A program made the position numbers and the translations under genes. Below, piece by piece: positions 1 through 13,199 of a stretch of DNA of 64,000 bases (position 1 is the stretch's first letter; each line of letters starts with the position of its first letter). The notes below the pieces were generated by a model, which saw nothing but the letters and a program-made list of their open reading frames with translations, did no database searches and was not told the origin of the DNA. Source of the DNA: the human T2T-CHM13v2.0 reference genome, Homo sapiens; NCBI RefSeq assembly GCF_009914755.1, contig NC_060947.1. One strand, given 5' to 3'.

Positions 1-860
1 CATAATTTAAAAATGTGTAAAAGATTCTAATAGCTATTTCTTCAAAGAAGATTAAACAAATGACCAATACATGCATGAAAAGATGATCAAAATAATTAGT
101 CATCAAGAAAATGCAAAGCAAAACTACAGTGAGATTTATATCATCACACCCACTAGGATGGCTATAATGAAAAAGATGTAAAATAACAATTGTTGTTTAG
201 AATAGAGAGAAATTGGAGTCCTCATATATTGCTCGTGGGACTGTAACATGCTATAGCCTCTGTGGAAAACAATCTGTCAGTTTCTCAAAATATTAAATAT
301 AAAGTTTTCACATGACCAACAATTCTACTCCTGGGTATGCAACCAAAAGAAATGAAAACTTAAGAACACACAAGGATGTGTGTGTGTGTATGTTCATAGC
401 AGCAATATTTACAATTGCCAGAAAATGGAAGCAACCTAATATCTATCACTTGCTGAATGGATAGGAAAAATTTGTATGTCAATACAATGTAATGCTGTTT
501 GACAATACAAATAACAAAGTACTGATACATGCTGTAACACAGATGAGCTTTGATTTCATTATGCTAATTATAGAATCCAGACACAAATGCCACATGTTGT
601 ACAATTCCATGTACACAAAATTTCCAGAATTAATAATTTTTTAGATAATAAATGTAAGATTATTGACAATCTAGGGCTGGGGTGCTGGGGGAATGGAGAG
701 TGACTATTATGTTGTGTAAGATTTATTTTAGAAGTGGTGAAAATTGTCTAAAATTGCTAGCGGTGATGGTTGCACAACTCTGTAAATATATTAAAAAATT
801 TTAAATCACGTACTTTAAATGTGTGAATTGTGTGTTATGTAACTCACATCTCAATAGATA
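1..860 (+). mobile_element. Old L1 (L1MB/L1M-type) ORF2 3' end and 3' UTR, cut by window start
   Basis: Typical L1 3' motifs: aaatgcaaagcaaaactacagtgaga, caattctactcctgggtat, ggtgatggttgcacaactctgtaaatata, ending cacatctcaata. Confidence 0.85.
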
Positions 861-1244
861 TAAAATGTATAAAATATAGGTTTTATATCTCAATTTAATT
901 TTTAAAAAATTAAATGAAGATTAGAAAGACAGACAACAGCATGCTATGAGAAAGCCACCACGATACTATATAATGCCCAAAGTGTTGTAACTACTCATAT
1001 TTAATATGCGTAATATTCAGAAACCATGTGCACCATAATTCCATGGAATAACTCCACAGGACATTTAGGTATACCTAACCTGATTTCGAAGTGTACTTTT
1101 TCAATTTCTCTGGGCATGCAGATGCTGACATTAGTATGGGATTATGAAAAGTCTGAAATAAATGCTGTTTACATTTCGAATTTTCTTTGTATTAAAAAAG
1201 AAGAGGAGGTAATTCATGATAACTTTCTGGTGAGACAGAGCTTA

Positions 1245-1661
<417 letters not shown>

Positions 1662-1710
1662 CTAAGTGTATAAAGTGTCTAGATTATTAGTGAAACTTTT
1701 CATTTTTTCT

Positions 1711-2300
1711 CAGGCTTTTCACTATATTGCTGGTCCAGGTTTTGTCTATTAGTCTGGGATACATCAGAGGCAATCATGACTTATGAACGAGTGTGTAGGA
1801 GTCGTACTCCTGGCCAAGTTATTTGTACATCTGTTGAGTTTGATAGAAAATTTTAGCCATAAACTTTAACAAACTGAAAAAAAAATATCCTAGCTTATAA
1901 ACATAACTCTAGCCTTTGTTTAAGACCATATGCTCTGCCTGGTATTAAGAGAAGAGGTCACTAGCAATTCTAATACCATTCTGTCTGTAATTCATGAAGT
2001 CAGCTGGATGAATGGCAAGGAAAGCTAAAAAAAATCATTCATCATCTTTGTTGATACTGAACTTATGCAAAGCCCATAGAGTACCACAAAGCCATTTAGA
2101 TGCATTTTCCGTGAAAAGAAATTGCATCACTAAGGATTCCAGGCCAAGAACAAAGTAGTAGAGAAAATCGTGCTGCTTCAGCTGAAGAATTTCAAAGATA
2201 ATTTAATCTCCAAAGGACATCTCACAGACTGAATTCAGAACATCACTTAGCATACGCAGCCATGTTGTGCTGCTACTATATCAAGAAGATTGCTCATGCT
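1711..2300 (+). mobile_element. Possible highly decayed Gypsy/LTR-retroelement integrase remnant
   Basis: Manual translation gives, in order and across frameshifts, FVY*SGI (1741), VCRSRTPGQ (1791), IIFVDT (2041) and EIASLRIPGQEQSSRENRAASAEEFQR*FNLQRTSHRLNSEHH (2118). The order resembles the integrase motifs YWPG, CxxC, VD and GIP..SD..H..YH. Confidence 0.3.
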
Positions 2301-2651
2301 AATTGAAAAGAATGAAAAACACAGTAACTAATGAAAAGATAGAATGTCTCCTTCATGTCTCCACCATTTGCCTAAGTAGTCTGTCTTCTTGTATGTTGAT
2401 AATCACTAATGATATCAAATATAGCTAATAAAATTACTTACATTTTGAAATCTGACAATATACAACAGCAAATTTTATTTAACTCCAAACTAACTCCCTA
2501 TTTAAATGAAGGATCCTCAGAAATATTCAAATAAGCCAACAATATTTTCAACAGTAATTTACTTTGGAAAAAATGATGTTAATGGAAAGAACATATAATT
2601 AAAGGACATCTCAACACTGTTATCTGACATATGCTTTAAACTAGTTTAGAA

Positions 2652-2966
2652 CAGCAATATCCAATAGAAACATAATGTGAGCCTCATATGTAATTCTATT
2701 TTCTAGAAGCCACATTAAAAAGGTAAAAGGAAATAGGTTGAATTATTTAATAGTATATTTTATCTAACCCAATATATCTAAAATATTAACATTTAAAACA
2801 TATACCAAATATAAATATTAATTAGATATTTTACATTGTGTTTTCATAATATGTCTTCAGAACATGCCAGTTATTTTAAATTTGTATTACATCTCAATGT
2901 GGGCAGGCCACATTCTAAATGTTTGATAGCCACATGTCATTAGTGGCTCATGCATTGTACAGCACG
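2652..2966 (+). mobile_element. MER33 (hAT-Charlie MITE)
   Basis: cagcaatatccaatagaaacataatgtgagcc ... agccacatgtcattagtggct...gtacagcac matches MER33 end to end; flanks gtttagaa/ggctagat resemble an NTCTAGAN target. Confidence 0.85.
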
Positions 2967-3767
2967 GGCTAGATTGTATAAGATATACAGAAGAATATCT
3001 TCTGATTTAACATCAATAATTCCATATTGGTCGTTGGTCAGCATTTGGCTATGATACTAAATAAAGCACATCCAGAGGGCAATTGAGAAGTAATTTAGTG
3101 TGGCATTGTTTTTAACTGTGAACTACTGAGTAGAAGATTTGAATATGACTGTAGAATAGATTTTTGAGTCTCAACACTATTATTGTTCCTCTGTCCTGCT
3201 TACTGATAGCTGCAATGACAAAAGATATAACTTACTGAAATGTCCTATTCTTATTTTAATTATTTAATAATTTGTTGATTACACAAGTGTCTATTGGTAA
3301 TCAAGGCCTCTTGAGCGCGGAGGTATGGCTATGTCATTGGTTTTGTTCTTCCTCGTTTATGTTTTCTGAGGATGCTCATTAACATCAATGTACTGAGTGC
3401 CTTATCCCAAGGCCTCTTATGATTGACCAGAGAATGGGTAAGTCTTAAATAAAGGACATCTTAAGGAACACAGGGTTAGAGACCAGACAAATTATTGGTA
3501 TGGTTAAATTTAACACCTTGCATATGGATGGGGTGAACTTTGCTACCAAGCAGGCTGAGGCATGAACTACAGCAAGGATCTCACTACATTACTTAATCAA
3601 CACAGACAAGAAACTACTGAAAATCAGAATTTGGGGCCTGGGAATTATGCTAGGCTTCAAAATTTAAACAGTTCTAAACTAGTTTAAATTGAGTTTGGGG
3701 ATAATTTGGGAACTGAGAAATCACAATCTTCAGTGCCCCTCATTACACAAGACAGAAACCTAGATAG

Positions 3768-4946
3768 TGTTGCGGGAAGTCAGGGACTGCGAACGAAGGG
3801 ACCAGCTGAAGCCATTGCAGAAGAACATAAATTGTGAAGATTCCATGGACATTTATTAATTCCCCAAATTAATAAATTTTTATAATTTCTTTTATAATTC
3901 TTTTATTTTCTTTTATTTTATATAATTTTATATAAAATTTTTTATATCTTTTATTTTATATAATTCTTTTATATTCTTTTATTTTTATAAATTCTTTTAT
4001 AATTTCTTATGCCTGTCTTTACTGCAGTCTCTCAACATAAATTGTGAAGATTTCATGGACATTTATCACTTCCCCAATCAATACTCTTGTGATTTCCTAT
4101 GCCTGTTTTTACTTTAATCTCTTAATCCCATCATCTTCATAAGCTGAGGATGAATGTCACCTCAGGACACTGTGATGATTGCGTTAACTGCACAAATTGT
4201 TTAAACAATATGAAATCTGGGCACCTTGAAAAAAGAACAGGATAACAGCGATCTTCAGGGAACAAGGGAGACAACCTTAAAGTCTGGCTGCCTGTGGGTT
4301 GGATGGAACAGAGCCATGTTTCTCTTCTTTCAAAAGCAAATAGGAGAAATATCACTGAATTCTTTTTCTCAGCAAGGAACATCCCTGAGAAAGAGAATGT
4401 GTTCCCAAGAGGAGGTCTCTGAAATGGCCGCTTTGGGAACATCTGTCTTTTATGGTTGTAAATAATGGATGAAATAAGCCCCAGTCTCCCGTAGTGCTCC
4501 CAGGCTTATTAGGACGAGGAAATTCCTGCCTGATAAATTTTGGTCAGACCGGTTTTCTGCTCTCAAACCCTGTCTCCTGATAAGATGTTATCAATGACAG
4601 TATGTGCCCGAAACTTCACTGGCAATTTTAATTTCGCCCTGTTCCTGTGATCTCACCCTGCCTCCATTTGCCTTGTGATATTTTACTACTTTGTCAACCA
4701 TGTGATCTCTGTGACCCACACCCTATTCATACACTCCCTCCTCTTTTGAAAATCACTAATAAAAACTTGCTGGTTTTACGGCTTGGGGCATCACGGAACC
4801 TGCTGACATGTGATGTCTCCCCCGGACACCCAGCTTTAAAATTTCTCTCTTTTGTACTCTTTCCCTTTATTTCTCAGACTGGCCGACACTTAGGGAAAAT
4901 AGAAAAGGACCCACATGAAATATTGAGGGTTGGATTTCCCCCAATA
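3768..4946 (+). mobile_element. MER11 solo LTR (HERV-K11/HML-8) with internal AT-rich expansion
   Basis: Starts tgttgcgggaagtcagggac, ends ttcccccaata; 6-bp TSD agatag/agatac. Confidence 0.95.
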
Positions 4947-5059
4947 AGATACTACTTTTAACTCTTTCTTCCTATTTACCACTCAGGACTGTCAATTTCA
5001 CCACCAACAGTGAAGACCCCTGCTATAATCTGTCATGGATTCTACTTTAATTTTCTTTC

Positions 5060-5318
5060 TTTTTTTTTTTTGAAACAGTGTCTCGATCTCAGCTCACTGC
5101 AACCTCCGCCTCCCGGGTTCAAGTAATTCTCTGCCTCAGCCTCATGAGTAGCTGCGATTAGAGGCACTTGACACCATGCCTGGCTAATTTTTGTACTTTT
5201 AGTAGACACAGGATTTCACCATTTTGGCCAGGCTGGTCTTGAACTCCTGACCTCGTGATCCACCCACCTCTGCTTCCCAAACTGCTGAGATTACAGGCAT
5301 GAGCCACCGTACCAGACC
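5060..5318 (-). mobile_element. AluS (Sg/Sc-like) with ~32-bp internal deletion
   Basis: Poly-T, then tgaaacagtgtctcg|atctcagctcactgc (the ctctgtcgcccaggctggagtgcagtggcgcg segment is missing); TSD aattttct. Confidence 0.95.
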
Positions 5319-5370
5319 AATTTTCTCTTTTATCAACTATCTTCAGTATTTAGTATTATTTTTTGCTTGG

Positions 5371-8099
5371 TGATATGGTTTGTCTTTGTGTCGCCACTTA
5401 AATCTCATCTTTAATTGTAATCCCCACATGTTGAGGGAGGGACTTGTTGGGAGGGGATTGGATCATGGGGGTGCAGTTTCCCACATGCTGTTCTTATGAT
5501 AGTGAGAGAGTTTTCACAAAATCTGGTGGTTTTATAAGCGTCTGACACTTTCCTCTGCCTTTGCTGTCTCTCCTGCCACCTTGTGAAGAAGGTCCCTGCT
5601 TCCCCTTTGCCTTCCTCCCTGATTGTAAGTTTCCTGAGGCCACCCCAGTCATGTAGACCTGTGAATCAATTAAACCTTTTTTGTTTATAAATTACCCTTC
5701 CTTGGGTAGTATCTTTATAGCAGTGAGAAAACAGACTAATACAGAGAATTGGTACTGGCAGAGTGGGGTACTGCTATAAAGATAACCTGAAAAATGTGGA
5801 AGTGACTTTGGAACTGGGTAACAGGCAGAGGGTGAAATATATAGGAGAGCTCAGAAGACAGGAAGATGTGGGAAAGTTTGGAACTTCCTAGATACTTGTT
5901 GAATGGCATTGACCAAAATGCTGATAATGACATGAACAATGAAGCCCAGGGTGAGGTGGTCTCAGATACAAATGAGGAACTTATTGGAAACAGGAGGAAA
6001 GGTCACTCATGCTATGCTTTAGTAAAGAGACTGGCAGCATTTTGCCCATGTCCTAAAAATCTGTGAAACTTTGAACTTGAGAGATTATTTAGGATATCTG
6101 GTGGAAGAAATTTCTAAGCAGCAAAGCATTCAAGAAGTGACCTGACATTTCCTGAAAGCATACAGTTACATGTGCACAGAAAGAGATAATTGGAAATTGG
6201 AATTTATGTCTATAAGGGAAGTAGAGCATAAAATTTGGGAAAATCTGCAGCTTGACCATGTGTTAGAAAACAAAAACCCATTTTCTAGGGAAGAGTTCAA
6301 GCCAGCTGCAGAAATTTGCATTAGTAACAAGGAGCTGAATGTTAATAGCCAAGACAATAGGGAAAATAGCTACAGGATATGTCAGAGATCTTGGTGGCAG
6401 CCCCTCTCATCACAGGCCTGGAGGTCTAGGAAGAAAAATGGTGTAATGGGCCAGGCCCAGGGCCCTGCTGCTCTGGGCAGCCTCAGGACATGGTACCCTA
6501 AGTCCCAGATGCTTTAGCTCCAACAGTGGATAAATGGGGCCAAGGTACAGCTCAGGGCATTGCTTCAGAGGATGCAAGCCCCAAGCCTTGGCAGCTTCCA
6601 CGTGGTGTTGGGCCGGTGGGTATGCAGAAGATAAGAGTTGAGGTTTGGGAACCTCCATTTAGATTTCAGAGGATGTATGGAAACTATTGGATGTCCTGGC
6701 AGAAATTTGCTGCAGGGGTGGAGCCCTCATGGAGAACCTCTGCTAGGGCAGTAAGGATGGGAAATGTGGAGTTGGAGCCCCATACAGAGTCTCCACTGGG
6801 GCACTGCCTGGTGGAGCTGTGAGAAGAGGGTCATTCTCCTCCAGACCCCAGAATGGTAGACCCACCAACAGCTTGCACTGTAACGTGGTGTGGCTGTGTC
6901 ACCACCCAAATCTTGAATTGTAGCTCCCATAATTCCCTCATGTCGTGGGAGGGACCCAGTGGGTGGTAACTGAATCATGGTGGCCAGTCTTCTCCATGCT
7001 ATTCTCGTGATAGTGAATAAGTCTCACGAGATCTGATGATTTTATAAAGGGGAGTTCCCCTGCACATGATCTCTCTTGCCTGCCACAGTGTAAAACATGA
7101 CTTTGCTCCTCATTTGCCCGCTGCCATGATTGTGAGGCCTCCTCAGCCATATGGAACTGTGAGTCAATTAAACCTCTTTCCTTTATAAGTTACCCAGTCT
7201 CAGGTATGTCTTTATTAGCAGTGTAAGAATGGACTAATACACACCGTGTGCTGGGAAAAGCCACAGGCACTCAACACCAGCACATGAAAGCAGCTGCAGG
7301 GGCTGTAACATGCAGAGTCACAGGGGTGGAGCTGCCCATGGGAGTCTACCTGTTGCTTTAGTGTGCCCTGGATGTGAAATATGCAGTCAAAGGAAATTTT
7401 GGAGCTTTGAGATTTTATGACTGCCCCACTGAGTTTCAGACTTACATGGGGCCTGTGGCCCATTTGTTTTGGCCAATTTCTCCCATTTGAAATGGGAACA
7501 TTTACTCATTGCCTATACCCCCATTGTATTTTGGAAGTACCTAACTTGCTTTTGATTTTACAGGCCCCTAGTTGAAAGGTACTTGCCTTGTCTCAGATGT
7601 GACTTTGGATGTGGACTTTTGAGTTAATGCTGACATGAGTTAAGACTTTGAGGAACTGTTGGGAAGGCATTATTGGTTTTAAAGTGTGAAAAGGACATGA
7701 GATTTGGAAGGGGCCAAGGGCAGAATGATATTGTTTGGCTCTGTGTCCTCACCTAAATCTCATCTCAAATTGTAATCCCCACGTATCAAGGGAGAGACCT
7801 GCTGGAAGGTGATTGGATCATGGGGGTGGTTTCCTCAATATGGTTATTGTGATAGTGAGTGAGTTCTCACCAGTTTTGGTTGTTTGATAGGTGTCTGGTA
7901 CTTTCCCCTGAAGTTTCTCTCTCTTTCTTGCCACCTTGTGAAGAAGGTGCCTGCTTAGCCTTTGCCTTCTGCCATGATTGTAAGTCTCCTGAGGCTTCTC
8001 CAGCCATGTGGAACTGTGTGTCAATTAAATATTTTTTTGTTTTTAAATTACCCATTCTCAGGTAGTATCTTTATAGCAATGTGAAAACAGACTAATACA
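5371..8099 (+). mobile_element. Full-length THE1D-type MaLR: 5' LTR 5371-5743, internal region, 3' LTR 7726-8099
   Basis: Both LTRs run tgatat...gactaataca; MaLR internal sequence (gtggaagtgactttggaactgggtaacaggcagagg); perfect 5-bp TSD cttgg. Confidence 0.93.
6881..7241 (+). mobile_element. THE1B-type solo LTR nested in the THE1D internal region
   Basis: gtagctcccataattcc...ggggagttcccctgcaca...ggtatgtctttattagcag...gactaataca; 5-bp TSD cactg/caccg. Confidence 0.9.
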
Positions 8100-8275
8100 C
8101 TTGGACCAATGAATAAGAACTTGTATCTTCCCTCATAACTCATACTAGAAATACACTGTATCTAAATTTTAGGAAGAACTTTACTCATGATTTTTCTTAT
8201 TGTTATGAAACAATGGCTAAATTTGGGCTGTAGTAGAACATAAGGGCATAGTTGTGTGGATTGGTTACTAATTAA

Positions 8276-8632
<357 letters not shown>

Positions 8633-10003
8633 TAACCCTAGTCTATATCTATATATAGCACTGAGCAGAAGAAAAAATATATTTTACTGAAAAAGAAAAA
8701 TGTATGGGATCAGTAATTATAGGCAATGCATGCAGTTACAAGATTTTGTTGGCATATGCTTGAATATGTTTTGTTTGTTAGTAGAAGAATATACCAAATC
8801 AGTGGACTTAGACAATTAGGACTTTATGAATAAATCACATCTTGGTCATCAGGGTATAGAGATCCAGGCCAGACAATAAAGAAAATGATATTTATGGTCA
8901 CATTTATGTGACCATAGAAGTGATGTCAGCAAAAAGGAACATAGCTGGATACTAAGTAAAAAAGAGGTTTTGATCATGAATAAACTCTGCCTGTGCCCCC
9001 CACTTGTTGCCCCAGTTACTGCTTGTCTTCATGCTCATGACATGATAACGGACAAAGCTGTGTGCCAGTTAGATTAGTAGTAATGAGGTATGAACCCATA
9101 AATATTTCTTACAAGATTGCCTCAAGAGAAGGACTAGGGTGAAGTTCAAGTGAAGTTTATTTTTTGTTTTCCTTTCTGCCATAATCTACATCATCTAATT
9201 TCTAGTCACAATAACCCTACTCATGGCAGATATAGATTATTAAACAATAGAACTACTGCTTCTCATCATTATGCTCAGTTGGATTTTCTTGTTGCTGTGT
9301 TTGACAGTCTACTGCCTAAAAATCTGTTTCTCTCTGTTGTTTTCATAGTAAGACCAAGCCCTTCTAGTTTCCACTGAGGAAAATGTGACCTGGTTGAAAA
9401 ATGCCAAATATAAACAATATCGTATGGAATCTTTCCAAGAGGCACAACACATAGGTCGTATAGATTTGTGTTATAAATGAGCCAATAAATTATTATATTT
9501 CCCATATGATACAAGAGGCAGATGGATAGAGGTAGGATTATCTTTACGAAAGAAATAAGGAAACAGATTTTGATGTTTAGTCTAGTTGAAATATGGGGGA
9601 AGGACAGAATCTGAGGAATAAAATTGGCTGAGCACAGAGTCAGGAAGAAGCATCAGGTAGCTAAAGCCTTGCATTTAAAGTCACATAAAAATGTAGAATA
9701 TCTAGAAATTCATCTTGACTTTTTTTATAAGTAATTCCACCCTCAAGGGAATGTGGGCAAAATTGGGAAGATTGTTACTATTCCAAGGCTGTCAATATTA
9801 AAAGGCAAATTCTGACAGTATTTTGAAGTTGTACAATTAGACACCCAAATGGAAAACATGTTGACACCAATTGCTTTGAAGATGCCAGAGGATGGCAATG
9901 AGTTCAGTTTTTAATTGACTATACCTAGCAAAGTGGGTAGAGAGAAAGAAGATTAAGAGTAGAAATTATAAAACATTGAATTAAGTTAAGGCCTATACTC
10001 ATC

Positions 10004-10053
<50 letters not shown>

Positions 10054-10062
10054 GTATATATG

Positions 10063-10099
<37 letters not shown>
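10004..10099. repeat. Compound (TA)n(GA)n microsatellite
   Basis: Interrupted TA run followed directly by a GA run. Confidence 0.97.
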
Positions 10100-10313
10100 T
10101 TGAGAAACTATCTTAAAACATGTTGTATTTAATATTTCCTTGCAGGCAAACAACTATAGAATCTACATAAAAAGTTCTGACCATCAAACTGTAACTTGGT
10201 TCAATTCACTGAATGTTAATTGAGTTAAAAATATGTTTAGAGTCTTCAGATTTTCAAAAATAATTACTAGATTGGGAAATGCCATTTAAACAAACCATTA
10301 AAACTAATTGGGT

Positions 10314-10600
<287 letters not shown>

Positions 10601-10924
10601 GTATTGGGAACATACATTTTCCATTGATAAAATTTTAAGAAATTAAAAACTTCATTTTTCAGAATATATATGAATGTCCTACCCACGTTAAATGTGTGGA
10701 TTCTGTGCAAGAAGAGCTAAACGGCTATATAGTCTTTCAGTTTGAGGATCCTCTGTGATGTCCAAGTATACTAAAAGAAACTAGGATAATCAATTGCAGT
10801 GTTATTATACATTACCCTGTCATTTAAGTTACTAATTTTTGTACTCAAGTTGTATAACAGATTGACCATGTTTGAAAGAATACAGTACTATTTCAGAAAT
10901 CCTGGCCTGTATTTCCAACATCCT

Positions 10925-11405
10925 AGTTGATATCGTCCTTTGAGTATCTGATAACAACCTAAACCTAATATGTACTAAACCAAGCTCTTCATGTTACTCT
11001 CCAAGTCTACTCCACTTATAGTCTTTCCTTTCTCTTAATTAGTGGCAACCCTGACCTTTCAGTCCTCACCCAAAATATCTTGCTGTAATTCTTGATCTCT
11101 TTCTCATATCCAATATGTTGTTTGTCATTACATCTTATCAGCTATACCTTTGAAATATGTTCCAGATTTGACTACATGATTTCCACTGCCACTACCTTGG
11201 TCCAAACCACCAACATCACTCCTTAGATTATTGTAGTAACTTCTTAACTGGCCCCCCGACTCTGCACTTGCCTCCCTTTAGTCTAATCTCAACACAAAGC
11301 TGAGTGATCCTCTCAAAAGTAAATCGTATTATATGACTCCTGTGTGTAAATTCCTCCAATGGCTTCCAACTTGATTCAGAGTAAAAGCCAAAATCTTCAT
11401 TATGA
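10925..11405 (+). mobile_element. L2 fragment
   Basis: ttcttaactggcccccc...tgagtgatcc...ttcctccaatggcttcc...agagtaaaagccaaaatcttc matches the L2 3' region. Confidence 0.8.
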
Positions 11406-11412
11406 CTTAATG

Positions 11413-11550
11413 GATAGGTAAATTGCATGTCACAGGAGTTTGATGTATAAATTATTTTGTCATTCCAGTAATAAGCATAGTACCTGATAGGTAGTTTTTT
11501 TATCCTTACCCTCCTCCCACCCTCTACCCTCAAGTATGCCCCGGTGTCAG
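11413..11550 (-). mobile_element. Short L1PA13-16/L1PB-type 3' UTR fragment
   Basis: ggtaaattgcatgtcacaggagtttg...taagcatagtacctgataggtag...cctcctcccaccctc. Confidence 0.8.
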
Positions 11551-11864
11551 ATTTTCTTTCTGTTTTTTTTTCCATTATATTTTAATTTTTATTGCATCAT
11601 TCTGCAATTTTTCCTCAATTGTTTTCCTGTCTTTTTTGCTGTTATTTGACTTGGTGTTTTATTTCTCCTGTTTCACTTTTTCTTACTGTTTGTTTACTGG
11701 TTCAGAAAATATACAATGTATTTCTACAAATTGTTATACTTGTAATTGTCAATATGCCCTACTTAACTTGAAGTAATATTAGTCATTATCTTTAATATCC
11801 TTCTGAATAATACAATATAAGAACCTTAAATACTTTAACTCTGTTTATTACTCATCTTGGCTTG

Positions 11865-12310
11865 TTATGATAAAAGAATAACAAATAGTCTAAGACATAA
11901 TGAATTTAAAGCTGAGTTGATTGCTGGGCAAGGCAGAGAAAATCTGATCCAGCATGGAGGGGTTGGCTATGGGATAGGGCCTTCATATTACTGTCAAAGA
12001 ATATCCCCAAGACAGTTCGCACATTGGGTATTTACATTTAGGCATGAAAGAAGGAGAGCAGTCCCTGTGAAGATTGCCTCCCAGAACAAGGGCAAGGGTA
12101 GAGTTTAGAAAGTTGAAAAGAGGCAAATTTGGATAGTCCTGGAGTCTCCTGGGGAAGTAGTTCAGCTGGATCTAGCCAGTTTCCAGAAAGGGAGCATAGC
12201 ACGTGGCTGATGTCAGCCTCCTAGCTGCAAGGCTGTTCCCAGGGCTAGCTGCAAGGCTGTTCCCAGGGCTCACATTAAGTATGCAGACTTTGGCCTTTAG
12301 TATGCATATT
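11865..12310 (-). mobile_element. Probable old ERV LTR, family not identified
   Basis: Locally GC-richer block starting tgttatg that interrupts T-rich, old L1M-like sequence; no confident consensus match. Confidence 0.3.
12221..12268. repeat. Perfect 24-bp tandem duplication
   Basis: ctagctgcaaggctgttcccaggg x2. Confidence 0.97.
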
Positions 12311-13199
12311 ATCTTGTATTGTTTCTGGACTTAGAGACTACTTAATCTATTTTCTCATTGCTTATAGAAAGTAGTTGTCCTCTAGACTTTCTTTGGTCAA
12401 CCTACAGCTATGTAAATACCTTAGGGTTGGGGCTCTTCTCTGTCTTGTTTCCTATCCACCCTGCAGGCCAAGGTAGGCCACTCTCTGTGGGAACTTTCAA
12501 TGTGGTGCAAACAAAACATCTATGCTCTATATAGCCATGGAATAATAAACATTTGGGGAATTGCATGCTGTCTGCTAATTGCCTAAATATGTGTTTTTTC
12601 TCATCAACTCTATGTTATTTCTGTAATGGTGTATATCTACGGATACATTGCATGACAAAAGGCAAAAAACATAATCTTACAAAGCTAAGTGATTGTTTAG
12701 TTGAAACAAAAATTTTTGTCAGTTCAGAACTGGTTGGTTGTGTTGGAGCTCAGGCACAAACCTACTGGTGAGCCCCAAATCCTTTTAGGTTACATGTTCG
12801 CTGTTTGGGTATTTTACTGCTGATTCTGTTAGTGTTTGCTCTGATTCTTTTTCTTCTAAGATACTAGATGTTGGCTATTTTACAACCTCCAGGCTCAGGG
12901 TCATACAGAAATCAAGTTGATATGCTGAAGGTTGAGTAGCAATTTTCTTTTTAAACATTTTTTAAATTTTAAAATATTTTGGCACTACCATTTTTACATT
13001 CTCCCAAATAGGACACTATTCATTTATACCAACAAATTTTGTTTAGATTTATCCACAGGGTTAACATTTTTGATCATCATTCCTCTTGACTCTTAGACTT
13101 AACTTCTGAGATCACATGCTTTCATTCTTGAAGTAAATCTTTTAGACATTTGATCAGGGAGTATTTTGATGATAAACTAAGTTGAATGAAAAATCCTTG

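Noticed and set aside
1697-3442. Splice-like signals (ttttcattttttctcag at ~1713; gg|gtaagt at ~3437)
   Set aside because: Isolated consensus sites are common by chance; no paired open exon or transcript evidence.
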